Below, in pieces: positions 28,454-37,831 of a stretch of 64,000 nucleotides of DNA (position 1 is its first letter; each line of letters opens with the position of its first letter). The notes under the pieces were generated by a model. That model was not told where the DNA came from. It worked only from the letters and a program-made list of their open reading frames with translations, and made no database searches. Position numbers and translations under genes: made by a program. The DNA is from Acidimicrobiales bacterium (GTDB lineage Bacteria; Actinomycetota; Acidimicrobiia; Acidimicrobiales; SZUA-35). The DNA lies in contig JAHDCC010000006.1 of NCBI GenBank assembly GCA_020630065.1, forward strand, positions 61,695 to 125,694. The letters are read 5' to 3'.

Positions 28454-29782
28454 TTACCCAGATTGTCTTGCGGCGAGTCGTCGAACCCTCGAATATATGA
28501 TCCGGTATCGACGTCGGAACCCAGGCCAAACCCAGAACCAGACGCTAACACCCGCAGCTAGAGACAAACCATGGGTCGGGAGCCGCCACCACCAACTAGG
28601 GCCAGCATCTATAGGCGGACGCTCAGGTTGGAACCAGAGCTGGGCAGAAGAAGACCAAATGACAAACAGGTCGCCGAGCGGAAATACCCCACCCACGTAC
28701 CGTCTACCTCCGGGAAGGTGCAGGGGAACCCCAAACGCTTCTCCGGTTTGACGAATAGCGGCAGCCGTTCGGGCATCTCCATTGACCTGAGCGGCGGAAA
28801 CGCCCACTACGGTGGCGCTTGCGCTAACCCGCATAAACAACGGACCCGAGTCGACGTCGCCGCCAGCTTCGATCGCGCTGGGATGTTCTTGAACGGCCGG
28901 TAAACCCAGTCTGGTAACCACAAACTCTTCCCGGTACCGCTGATAGGCAGCTTCGGCCCGTGCCGGGTCGAGTTCGGCTAGAAAACGGAGAATCAGCGTT
29001 TGGGAGGTAGCTCTAGGGTGTTCTTCGAACGGTTCGACTCGATGACCTACCAAACCGTAGGCCGGGTCGGTTAGTTGGTCGACTTCGTCAAGCCAAACAT
29101 CGATCGACTCTCGGTAAGCAGGGTCGATATATTCTGCGCAGGCCTGAACTGAAACCATCGCTGGGTACATGTCGACTGGCCAAGCCTGGCCCGGATATGA
29201 CTGCAGAAACGGTGACACATCGTTTCTGGGTAGCGTCGCCCCGCCAGTGCCGAACACTGCGACCAAAATTTCTTCGCAGGCGTCTTCTAACTCGCGGAGT
29301 TCACTATCTTCAGGTTCGGGTTGAAGGTGAACGATTCCGGCGCGTAAATAGTTAAGCCACCCCACATAGAACGCACCGTAAGAAGGTTTCAGCGATGCCT
29401 CAAACGGGGCACGCCCCTGCGGGCTGTCTAACTGTTCAAGAGCCCAACGCGCTTCGGTGAGCGCCGCCGCCCTACCGTCGGTATTGGCTGGGACACCCAG
29501 TCCGGCCTCAACCCGCGCCAAGCCGTACAGGACATACGAGAAGAAATAGCCTTCCGGGAAGAGTTGCTGCATTTCGGGGCCAAGCCCGCCGTTCAGCTCG
29601 TTTCGGATGAAATTCAGATGCGTTTCGGTGGAAGCCATCTCGGCAGGCCCGTCGATCGGTGAATACAGGCGAAGGTTAGACACCCCTATAGCAAACGCAA
29701 CTACCACCACCACGGCTCGACGGGCGAAGGTTGACCCACGCGAAAGAAACCGAACATATAGGTGGTTTCCCGGCATAAACAA
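28454..29782 (-). CDS. Hypothetical membrane-anchored protein (TM helices at both ends)
   Basis: 442-aa ORF with N-terminal TM (AVVVVVAFAIGV) and C-terminal TM (LSLAAGVSVWFWVW). I recognise no family. Confidence 0.55.
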   Translation of the reverse strand: MFMPGNHLYVRFLSRGSTFARRAVVVVVAFAIGVSNLRLYSPIDGPAEMASTETHLNFIRNELNGGLGPEMQQLFPEGYFFSYVLYGLARVEAGLGVPANTDGRAAALTEARWALEQLDSPQGRAPFEASLKPSYGAFYVGWLNYLRAGIVHLQPEPEDSELRELEDACEEILVAVFGTGGATLPRNDVSPFLQSYPGQAWPVDMYPAMVSVQACAEYIDPAYRESIDVWLDEVDQLTDPAYGLVGHRVEPFEEHPRATSQTLILRFLAELDPARAEAAYQRYREEFVVTRLGLPAVQEHPSAIEAGGDVDSGPLFMRVSASATVVGVSAAQVNGDARTAAAIRQTGEAFGVPLHLPGGRRYVGGVFPLGDLFVIWSSSAQLWFQPERPPIDAGPSWWWRLPTHGLSLAAGVSVWFWVWPGFRRRYRIIYSRVRRLAARQSG

Positions 29783-29921
29783 AACCTATCACGGCGAACC
29801 CTGCGCTTAGGTCTCACCCTTGACCCTGACGACGAGCCCTTAGGGTGTCTCAGGGTTGTAGGGGCACGCTCCGGGTAATACCCGATTGGCCAGCCGCGCC
29901 TCGTAGAACAAGATAAAGGTC

Positions 29922-30722
29922 ATGGAGAATCTAACGACCGACCCGCATTTCAATCAACCTCGGCCAGCGTCAACCAACGCTACCGCCACACTAAACCGAA
30001 GCGAAGTAGGAGGAGCCTCCGGCGTTTCGAAAATTTACGGTGAAGGCGACAACCAAGTGGTAGCTCTCGACAACGTCGATGTGACCTTCACACAAGGTGA
30101 ATTCACCGCCATCATGGGCCCATCCGGTTCGGGGAAGTCGACGCTAATGCATTGCCTCGCCGGATTGGATCGCCCAACCGGAGGTCAAGTCCGAATCGGA
30201 ACGTCGAACCTCGAAACGTTGAATGAGAAACGGCTGACAGAACTACGCCGAGACAAGATCGGATTTGTCTTCCAAGCCTTCAACCTGGTTCCGACCCTAA
30301 ACGCGGCTGAGAACATTGTGTTACCGATGCGTCTAGCCGGAACAAAACCCGATCCGGTTTGGCTCGAAAAAGTGATAGCGGCTGTAGGTCTCGAGCAGCG
30401 GCTAAACCACAAACCCGAACAGCTTTCAGGCGGACAGCAGCAACGGGTCGCCGTCGCCCGAGCGTTAGCTAGCCAACCGGAAATAATCTTTGCCGATGAA
30501 CCGACCGGTAACTGCGACTCGGTGACCAGCAGCGAAATTCTGGGCTTTATGCGTATGGCCGTCGACGATCTAAACCAAACCATCGTGATGGTGACCCACG
30601 ACGTATCGGCCGCCTCCTACGCAGACCGGGTGCTATTTCTCGCCGACGGCGCGCTCGTCCAGTCGCTCGAGAACCCGACTCCAGATTCTGTACTCACCTG
30701 CTTGCGAACGTTAACCGCGTAA
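29922..30722 (+). CDS. ABC transporter ATP-binding protein (MacB/LolD/FtsE type)
   Basis: Walker [10 protein letters not shown], signature [15 protein letters not shown], Walker B IIFADEPT. Confidence 0.92.
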   Translation: MENLTTDPHFNQPRPASTNATATLNRSEVGGASGVSKIYGEGDNQVVALDNVDVTFTQGEFTAIMGPSGSGKSTLMHCLAGLDRPTGGQVRIGTSNLETLNEKRLTELRRDKIGFVFQAFNLVPTLNAAENIVLPMRLAGTKPDPVWLEKVIAAVGLEQRLNHKPEQLSGGQQQRVAVARALASQPEIIFADEPTGNCDSVTSSEILGFMRMAVDDLNQTIVMVTHDVSAASYADRVLFLADGALVQSLENPTPDSVLTCLRTLTA

Positions 30723-30751
30723 CCGGCTTCACGAAAGAGAGGAAATACGAC

Positions 30752-33319
30752 ATGTTCTATCTATCTTTGCGAAGCTTGCTCAACAACAAGATGCGATACC
30801 TGCTGACCGGGCTAACCGTTACGCTCGGCGTCTGCTTTATCGTCGTTTCATTCAGCTTGTCGGACGGGTTCCGACAAGCATTCTCAACCAGTATCGAACA
30901 AGAACTGGCAGCGATCGACGTAGCCGTCATCCCCAACGAAGTATCTGGAATCCCTTCAGATACCGACAACGTTCTGCCGGCTGGTTCGCTAGAAAAAGTC
31001 AACAAAACCGCTGGAGTCGCCGACGCTGTAGGGTCGGTGACCGCCGATCTAAGCAGTGTCGAAACAGCTGCGGGCGACAAACTAAACTTTGACAGTTCAA
31101 GCGTTGGTCTATGGGCGGAAGATAGTCCGTTCAGAAACGAAAGTATCGTTGACGGAGTGGCCCCAACCGACGGGCAGTTCGTGATCGATTCGGCAATAGC
31201 TGAACAGCTTGACATGAAAATCGGTGACAAGTTCACGCTAAAAGCTGGAGATAAGACTGACGATCTTACCCTCGCAGGTTTGACTGAAACTCGCCAAGCT
31301 GACGGCACCACAAAACCGGCTGAACAATTTGGTGAGTTGGTGGCAACACTGTGGGTCCCTGAACGAACCGTATATGAACTCGGCCAATTCGACCCCGGAA
31401 CCTACACCCTGATACTCGTCAAAACAGTAGACGGAACATCGGTTACCGAAGTTCAACAATCGTTGATGTCAAACTTAGGTGATGACGTTGAAGTCCAGAA
31501 CGTCCAAGAGTTAGCGTCAGAAATCCAGGCTTCAGTCGACAGCCAAATAGCGGTGATGGAACGGGTCCTTCTCGGCTTTGCGTTTGTCTCCATAGCGGTT
31601 GCCGCCTTCATTATCTACAACACGTTTGCCATGTTGATCAGTCAACGAATGCGGGAGATCGGTCTGCTCCGAGCGATCGGTGCCGGCACTCGACAAATTC
31701 GAACTTCAGTAGTTTCCGAAGCCGCCGCCATCGGACTCATAGCTGCCGTAGTCGGGATAGGTCTCGGACTGCTCGTCAAAATCGGTCTTATCAGTCTGCT
31801 CAGCTCTACCCTCGACGCTGACCTTGAGTTACCTACCGTGCTTTCGGTGCGAACAGTTGTAGCAGCGTTGATGGCTGGCGTTGGTGTTACCGTAGTCGCC
31901 GCCGCAGTCCCCGCTCTACGCGCAGGCTCGGTGTCGCCCGTCGTCGCAATGTCAGGCATATCGGTGAAACCAGGCAACATTAGCCGCGGTCGTTTGCTGC
32001 TCGGCGCTGTGGTGTTTATCGTCGGTATTGTCGGAGGCTGGTTCGGGCTTTTCGCCGCTTCAGGAACCACCCAGACGATTACTTCACTTGCCGTCGGCGC
32101 CGTCGGAGTATTCGCAGGCGTCGTAGCTATCAGTCCGCTGTTAGCAATTGGCGTTTCGAAACTGCTCGGCGTCCTGGTCAGCCGAATATTTGGACTAAGT
32201 GGCCAAATCGCTGCCGAGAACTCTCGACGCAGCCCTAAACGTACCGCGACAACTTCGGCGGCGTTGATGATCGGTCTAGCGCTCGTAACGACAACGCTCG
32301 TCGTTGGCGAGTCCGTAAAGTCGCAGGTATCGGAGACCATCGATACCCGTCTCGTCGCTGACTACGCCATCTTCACCGATGAGGACCCGATCCCGGAATC
32401 GGTCGCAACCGAAATCGAAAACCGGCCAGAGATCGGAATATCGATGCGAGGGTCAGACGGCTTCTTTACCACGGCGTCAGGCGACGGGTTCAGTAACGAA
32501 GAACACTATGTCGATGGCGTCCAAGTTCAAAACCTTGGAAAACTATTCGACTTGGATTTCTCTGAAGGTCGAGTTCCCTCCAGCGGCACCACCGAAGTAG
32601 CAATTCCGAAACGTGACGCCGATAGACGCAACTTATCGGTCGGCGATACCGTCACCATCGACTTTCTAGAGCCAGCAACCTTTACCGTCTCCGGTGTTTA
32701 TCAAGACGTACTGATCTTTGACTCTTGGCTAACCGATAGCGACGTTATCGGTCCACTTGCCGGTGCCGAGTTCGAAACGAACTGGATGGCGATGAGCGTC
32801 GCCGACGGTTTCACTCCTGAACAAGCTAAAGCGGTGACAGAAAGCGCTACCGCCGATATCGAAGGCCTAACTATCGAGGATCGAGCATCGTTCAACGAAG
32901 AGGTAAGGTCACAGATCGATACCGTTCTCGGGATCGTAAGTGCACTTTTACTTCTATCGGTGCTCATTGCGTTCATCGGTATCGGCCTCACACTGGCCCT
33001 CTCAGTATTTGAACGGACAAGAGAACTCGGATTGTTGCGAGCGGTTGGCATGAGCCGACGGCAAATGAAACGGATGGTGCGAACTGAGGCGATCATCATC
33101 GCTCTGTTCGGTGCGCTTCTCGGGATCGGTATCGGATTACTGTTCGGCTCGAGTGCGGTCGCCGCATTACCCGATCAGATCGCATCCGCCACCACCGTTC
33201 CGATTGTTCGGCTATCTCTGTTGGCGTTGACCGCATCGGTTGTCGGGTTGGTGGCAGCAGTATTGCCTGCCCGACGGGCAGCTCGGCTCGACGTGCTCGA
33301 CGCAATATCTGTCGAGTAG
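30752..33319 (+). CDS. ABC transporter permease with two FtsX domains (MacB-like)
   Basis: 855 aa with two FtsX-type 4-TM modules (RMREIGLLRAIGAG..., RTRELGLLRAVGMSRRQ...) separated by large extracytoplasmic domains. Confidence 0.9.
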   Translation: MFYLSLRSLLNNKMRYLLTGLTVTLGVCFIVVSFSLSDGFRQAFSTSIEQELAAIDVAVIPNEVSGIPSDTDNVLPAGSLEKVNKTAGVADAVGSVTADLSSVETAAGDKLNFDSSSVGLWAEDSPFRNESIVDGVAPTDGQFVIDSAIAEQLDMKIGDKFTLKAGDKTDDLTLAGLTETRQADGTTKPAEQFGELVATLWVPERTVYELGQFDPGTYTLILVKTVDGTSVTEVQQSLMSNLGDDVEVQNVQELASEIQASVDSQIAVMERVLLGFAFVSIAVAAFIIYNTFAMLISQRMREIGLLRAIGAGTRQIRTSVVSEAAAIGLIAAVVGIGLGLLVKIGLISLLSSTLDADLELPTVLSVRTVVAALMAGVGVTVVAAAVPALRAGSVSPVVAMSGISVKPGNISRGRLLLGAVVFIVGIVGGWFGLFAASGTTQTITSLAVGAVGVFAGVVAISPLLAIGVSKLLGVLVSRIFGLSGQIAAENSRRSPKRTATTSAALMIGLALVTTTLVVGESVKSQVSETIDTRLVADYAIFTDEDPIPESVATEIENRPEIGISMRGSDGFFTTASGDGFSNEEHYVDGVQVQNLGKLFDLDFSEGRVPSSGTTEVAIPKRDADRRNLSVGDTVTIDFLEPATFTVSGVYQDVLIFDSWLTDSDVIGPLAGAEFETNWMAMSVADGFTPEQAKAVTESATADIEGLTIEDRASFNEEVRSQIDTVLGIVSALLLLSVLIAFIGIGLTLALSVFERTRELGLLRAVGMSRRQMKRMVRTEAIIIALFGALLGIGIGLLFGSSAVAALPDQIASATTVPIVRLSLLALTASVVGLVAAVLPARRAARLDVLDAISVE

Positions 33320-33403
33320 TTAAGCTCTGGTCGGAGGCGCCACCCGCCCGGCGTTCTCCGACCAACAGCGGTAGGTCAGCGCCTGCACGACAGCGGCTGC
33401 ATG

Positions 33404-33955
33404 TCAGCTGAACATATCCTGTACCAATTCGGTTCGATCGATGTTGCCGATATGGGTGATGTATTCGTCTTGCATCTTGTACAAAAAGATAAAGATGGCG
33501 ATCGGAATCCGCCACTTGGTGAATACTTCGGGGGCGTCCTCTTTCTTGAAAAAGCGGATCGTGGCATAAATCAGGAATAACGGTTCCAAAAAATTTGGAA
33601 AGAAAAAGAAAATCGCCTCGTTGTTGGTAATGAAAAAAAGCAGCTGACCGACAGATCGAAGAACAAAAAATGCGATGATCCATTTCAGGATCGGCCACTT
33701 TCCTTTCCAAGCAGAGACGACCATAAAAATGTAGGTGACGTAGTCGGCGGCCTTGTCGATTGGTTGATAGGTCGAATCCTCCAGACCTAAAGGAATCAGC
33801 AGGTCACCGTCAACGGTGTCCAGCACAAAGTTGGCCCAGCCCGCCGCAAACGGAAACGGAACGAGCAGCACAGGGACAACGAATTTGGCGGCGACAATCA
33901 CCGCGATTCCGACCCAACTGGCGATACTCACCTGCAAAAGAGATGGTTTGACCAT
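33404..33955 (-). CDS. Polytopic membrane protein, hypothetical
   Basis: 183 aa, Phe/Lys/Ile-rich, with about 5 TM helices. The gene looks more AT-rich than its neighbours by eye. Confidence 0.55.
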   Translation of the reverse strand: MVKPSLLQVSIASWVGIAVIVAAKFVVPVLLVPFPFAAGWANFVLDTVDGDLLIPLGLEDSTYQPIDKAADYVTYIFMVVSAWKGKWPILKWIIAFFVLRSVGQLLFFITNNEAIFFFFPNFLEPLFLIYATIRFFKKEDAPEVFTKWRIPIAIFIFLYKMQDEYITHIGNIDRTELVQDMFS

Positions 33956-34109
33956 GAACTCACCTTACATGGTGAGTTGAGTCACAGTAGTCCAAATCGG
34001 TTAGAGCCGCGGGCCGAGTGGCGGGTATCCGACTGATAAGGCGTTAGCGTGGATATATCTGGACCACAATCAACAAAGCGCCAGCTGCTTTCGCTAGGAT
34101 TTTTTACGT

Positions 34110-35033
34110 ATGGTTTATGGATTAGTCGCCGCAGCGGTTGTGGCCCTTGTGGCCCTCGGGCTGTGGGTAAGCACACAACAAAAACTCGCCGCCTCCAATC
34201 AGCGGATCAAAGATGTCGAAACCGATTCTGAATCCAAAATTCAGAAACTGAACAGCGAGCTGAGTAGCGCCGAAGCGAGCGCCGCTAGTGCCAGCAAAAA
34301 ATCTGAGGATCTAAAGTCGGAAAAGCTCCGTCTGTCGAGCGAGTTGGAAACGGCCGAATCTAAACTGGCTGCAACGAAAACCGAGCTTACCTCAGCGACC
34401 TCTTCGGTAGATAAGCTCACCTCCGAACTCGATGAAATCCGCATCGAGCGAGACCGACTCGAAACTTCCCTTACCGATCTCAAACAATCGGCAGTGAAGG
34501 CCCAAGAGCGAGAGGCGGCAGAAGCCCTCAACGGTTCGGGCCCGATACGGGCAGCCACGCTCTGGGATCTTGAACTCTCTCGGTCAGCTCGAACATGGCG
34601 GACCAGTGTCGCCACCAACCCAGATATTCAAAAGACCCCGTTCGACGATGCAGAGAACCCGGTTCGCACCGCGGTAGAAATCGAAGCAGCCGCGTTGCGA
34701 GAAGACGTCGGCGCGTCGGTCCGGGTCGATTGGAAAGCCGGAACAATCGACGACCCGGCACGCTGCCATCTAGTATTGCGTTTAGCTCAAGAGATGATGG
34801 CGACAGCAGCGCGTGAAGCTTCTCCAACCAAGCTGACTGTCGAAGGCGACGACGAAGTCTCACTTCAGATCGAACCTGACGGTGAAGCAGATGACTCGGT
34901 GATAACACTTTCACCGCCGAAGATCACAAGTGACCTGATTACGGCGTCCGATCGTGGCCTGATAGTTACTCTTGGTGTGGAAAACAGCGAAGAAGCGTCG
35001 GACCAAACAGAGGCCGTGACCTCCGAAGCCTAG
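34110..35033 (+). CDS. Membrane-anchored coiled-coil protein, hypothetical
   Basis: N-terminal TM (LVAAAVVALVALGLWV), about 130 aa of Ser/Glu/Leu-rich heptad-like sequence, and a C-terminal globular part. Confidence 0.55.
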   Translation: MVYGLVAAAVVALVALGLWVSTQQKLAASNQRIKDVETDSESKIQKLNSELSSAEASAASASKKSEDLKSEKLRLSSELETAESKLAATKTELTSATSSVDKLTSELDEIRIERDRLETSLTDLKQSAVKAQEREAAEALNGSGPIRAATLWDLELSRSARTWRTSVATNPDIQKTPFDDAENPVRTAVEIEAAALREDVGASVRVDWKAGTIDDPARCHLVLRLAQEMMATAAREASPTKLTVEGDDEVSLQIEPDGEADDSVITLSPPKITSDLITASDRGLIVTLGVENSEEASDQTEAVTSEA

Positions 35034-35051
35034 TTCGGGTTGTCGGTCGGT

Positions 35052-36701
35052 TCAGGCTGCGACGTAGACTCGCACCACAACGGTAGACCCTAATTCCACT
35101 GATTGGCCCGCTCCCGGGTTGGTGTTACGAACTAGACCGACAAGACGAGGGTTGCCTGTTGCGAACTCTCTGACGTCGGTTTCTAACCCTAGATTGTTTA
35201 ACGTCGGGACAGCCAACGCTGCCGGAACGTTTGCCAGTTGCGGTATGAGAACTCGAACGGGAGCGGTTGTTGTTGTCGGCGCAAGCGTTGTCGACGTTGT
35301 GGTAGTCGTTGCTGGCGGCGTTGTTGTGGTGGGTGCAACCGTGGTTCTTCTAACCGGGGCAGAGGTGGTGACTTCCGCCTCGGGTTCTTCGGCGACGGCC
35401 ACGTCGGGAAGAATCAGGGCTGCTGTGGTTGAGGTTGTAGACGACGATGTCGATGCAGTGTTGGCTACACCGGTCGCCGACACTCCGCTCGGGTCTCGCC
35501 CAGTGAATACAACCGCTATGACTGCCACAACAAAAAGGAGTGAAGCGGCCGAGACGAGGATCGCTTTGCTCGGATTGAATCGGCTGGATTTTTCTACTGG
35601 GGCTACCCGGGGCGGGCGACGTGAGTATCGCACCGGTGAATCTTGCGCAAAGGTGCTGGATTCGTCGACCTTGATGACGTCGAACCGTTCGGTGATGGTC
35701 GAGTCGACTTCGGTTGGGAAACGGTCAGAGAGCACTTCATCGATTTCGGGTTTTTTGGTTTCCGGAGCCGAGTCGGGTTGGCTGCTGAACGCAGGCGCCG
35801 CCGTTTTTGAGGGAATGTCAGCCGCAGCCTGTTTATTGCCGGGAAAAGCTGAGGACTTGGCGGAAATTACGAGACCATCCTCGGCCAGCTTCGCGATGAC
35901 TTTGTCTTTGACGTTGGATGGGACGTCAAAGAGTGGGATGGAAGAGTAAAGTTGCTCGGGGGGTTGAAGGCGAAGGCGTCTAGTTTTGCAGTCGCCGCAC
36001 GAAATGTGGTGGCCTTTGACGGTTCGCACCACGGATGGTTTGTAGGTCTCGGAGCCTTCGATGAGTGCACCGAGTTTTGAGCATCTGGGTTCGCCTTGGT
36101 TCCAAAGATAAAAGTTGCGTATCGCCTCTACCAGCTGGTTTCGTTGCTCTCCGATCCGTCGTTGAACTTCTTTGTTGGAGATCTCTAACTCGTTCGCCAA
36201 CTCGGCGGTGGAAAGCCCGTAACGTAGGCGAAGGTCGATCAGACTGGCTTCTTTTTCGCCGAGTGTTTCAGTGACCGCCCAAAGTAGGTGCTGTTGTGAG
36301 ATCTGATCAGAAACGAGTTGTTGACCATCTACCGAGTCGACAGAGTGGGACAATGAAATGCCGTCACTGACGATCGGGTCGCGTTTGGAAATATCCCGGG
36401 ACTTGGTGCGGGCTGTGTTGTCTTCGAGAGCGTCTAACGCTTTTTGGCGGCTGGTAAGCAGAACCCAACCCCCAAACGTTGACGGTGTTTCTAGACGGTG
36501 AAGTTGACGCCACGCCTCCAGAAAGGTTGCTTGAGTCAGGCGAGTCGCCGTATCATCGTCGTTAACAATTGAATTAGCAGTGTTCCAAACCTTGTTGAAC
36601 CAGCGGTCGAATAGCTGGTTGAAAGCCCCTTGGTTTCCACCTTTGGCACCGACTACCAGGTCAGCGTCATTCTTTGTCGCGCCAAATTCAGGGTCATCCA
36701 T
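35052..36701 (-). CDS. Fused ECF-type sigma factor, ZAS-type anti-sigma motif, TM helix and PASTA domain
   Basis: Sigma region 2 (FNQLFDRWFNKVWN...TQATFLEAWRQL...GGWVLLTSRQKALD), region 4 HTH (LSTAELANELEISNKEVQRRI), C-x23-H-x3-C-x2-C (CSKL...GHHISCGDC), TM ILVSAASLLFVVAVIAVVF, an S/T/P linker, and PASTA-like IPQLANVP...LNNLGLE...NPGAGQSVELGSTVVVRVYV. Start is taken at MDDPEF (ATG 36701); the ORF is open to 36920. Confidence 0.72.
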   Translation of the reverse strand: MDDPEFGATKNDADLVVGAKGGNQGAFNQLFDRWFNKVWNTANSIVNDDDTATRLTQATFLEAWRQLHRLETPSTFGGWVLLTSRQKALDALEDNTARTKSRDISKRDPIVSDGISLSHSVDSVDGQQLVSDQISQQHLLWAVTETLGEKEASLIDLRLRYGLSTAELANELEISNKEVQRRIGEQRNQLVEAIRNFYLWNQGEPRCSKLGALIEGSETYKPSVVRTVKGHHISCGDCKTRRLRLQPPEQLYSSIPLFDVPSNVKDKVIAKLAEDGLVISAKSSAFPGNKQAAADIPSKTAAPAFSSQPDSAPETKKPEIDEVLSDRFPTEVDSTITERFDVIKVDESSTFAQDSPVRYSRRPPRVAPVEKSSRFNPSKAILVSAASLLFVVAVIAVVFTGRDPSGVSATGVANTASTSSSTTSTTAALILPDVAVAEEPEAEVTTSAPVRRTTVAPTTTTPPATTTTTSTTLAPTTTTAPVRVLIPQLANVPAALAVPTLNNLGLETDVREFATGNPRLVGLVRNTNPGAGQSVELGSTVVVRVYVAA

Positions 36702-36789
36702 AACTATGAGGCTAGCAGGACCTGGTTGGAGATTAAGCAACAAACGTCCTACAGCCGCTGGTTTGTCGGTCGATATATAGTAAACGTCT

Positions 36790-37779
36790 ATGACCTTCGA
36801 GGATGCACCGGCAGAAAATCCCCAAACGCCGTCGCCGGGTGCTGTTCCAGCTGCCGGAGCTATCAACCAGCCGATGGCGTCAGTGCCGCCGGCTGGGCCA
36901 CCTCCGATGGCGTTCGACACGGTGCCCGCTGGGATGTCTCCAAGTTCACCTGAATCTGAGTTACCTCAAGGTGGTTTGATTGGGTCTCTTCAATTCGACT
37001 CTGAACCGCCGTGGAGTAAAGCTATGGGCATCGCCCAGGTTCTCACCGTCGTGGCGGCCGCCGGTTTAGCAAGTGTGGTCGGTTCGATCGCCGGGTTAGC
37101 CATCGACCTGTTTTCCGGTGACTCAGGGTTCTTTGAAGAGCTCGCCACTGGGGAAATGGACACCGGCATCGAGAATATGATCGCAACGCTGCCAGCGACG
37201 TTAGTGCTGGGCACAATTTTTCAGCAGCTTGGTCAAGGACTATCTCCCTTTCTCATATCCAAACTGTGGAAAGGTTACGGCGTCGCTAAAGATTGGGGAT
37301 TGCGGTTCAAGTGGGTCGACATCCCGATCGGGGTTGGTCTGGCGGTTGCAGGCCTTTTACTCGCTTGGCTCGTTTCGGTTGGGTTGTCGCCTCTGGTCGG
37401 GGTAGAAGATGCGTCTGAGGCTGACAACGGTGTCATCGTTTCCGGGTTTAAAGATTCCATTTGGTTGTACCCGATGCTTTTTGCCGTTGTGATCGGCGCG
37501 CCGCTCTCAGAAGAAATAGCGTTCCGAGGAGTTGTGCAGCGCTCGATGTCCCGGTTCGGTGGCCCGCTGGTTGGGATTTTGGGTTCTTCGGTGCTGTTCG
37601 CGGTCGTCCACATCGGCGGTACTTCGTTTGGTGGACAGATCGTTCTATGGGCGTCGATATTTATGATCGGTCTCGTGTTCGCTGTCGCATCAGCGTACTT
37701 TAAACGCCTCGGGCCCTGTATCGTCGGGCACGTTTTGAACAACTTGATCGCGGCGGTTGCTCTACTAGCTGCAGCGTAG
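36790..37779 (+). CDS. CPBP (CAAX/Abi) family intramembrane metalloprotease
   Basis: Motifs PLSEEIAFRG (EExxxR), FAVVH (FxxxH) and HVLNN, with a Pro-rich N-terminus and multiple TM helices. Confidence 0.85.
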   Translation: MTFEDAPAENPQTPSPGAVPAAGAINQPMASVPPAGPPPMAFDTVPAGMSPSSPESELPQGGLIGSLQFDSEPPWSKAMGIAQVLTVVAAAGLASVVGSIAGLAIDLFSGDSGFFEELATGEMDTGIENMIATLPATLVLGTIFQQLGQGLSPFLISKLWKGYGVAKDWGLRFKWVDIPIGVGLAVAGLLLAWLVSVGLSPLVGVEDASEADNGVIVSGFKDSIWLYPMLFAVVIGAPLSEEIAFRGVVQRSMSRFGGPLVGILGSSVLFAVVHIGGTSFGGQIVLWASIFMIGLVFAVASAYFKRLGPCIVGHVLNNLIAAVALLAAA

Positions 37780-37831
37780 GTTCGTGACGTCTGTCGTGTC
37801 TTGACGTCAGGGACGGCGAGCCCATCGCAGC

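Noticed and set aside
33096-33710. 204-aa minus-strand ORF overlapping the ABC permease 3' end and the 33404-33955 membrane gene
   Set aside because: It is antisense to the permease and out of frame with the membrane gene, and it has no motifs.
36702-36920. 5' extension of the sigma/PASTA ORF (MSNAIGGGPAGG...)
   Set aside because: It would overlap the divergent CPBP protease gene by about 130 bp. Sigma region 2 begins shortly after Met-74 (MDDPEF), and the extension is Gly/Ala-rich low-complexity sequence. It cannot be fully excluded.
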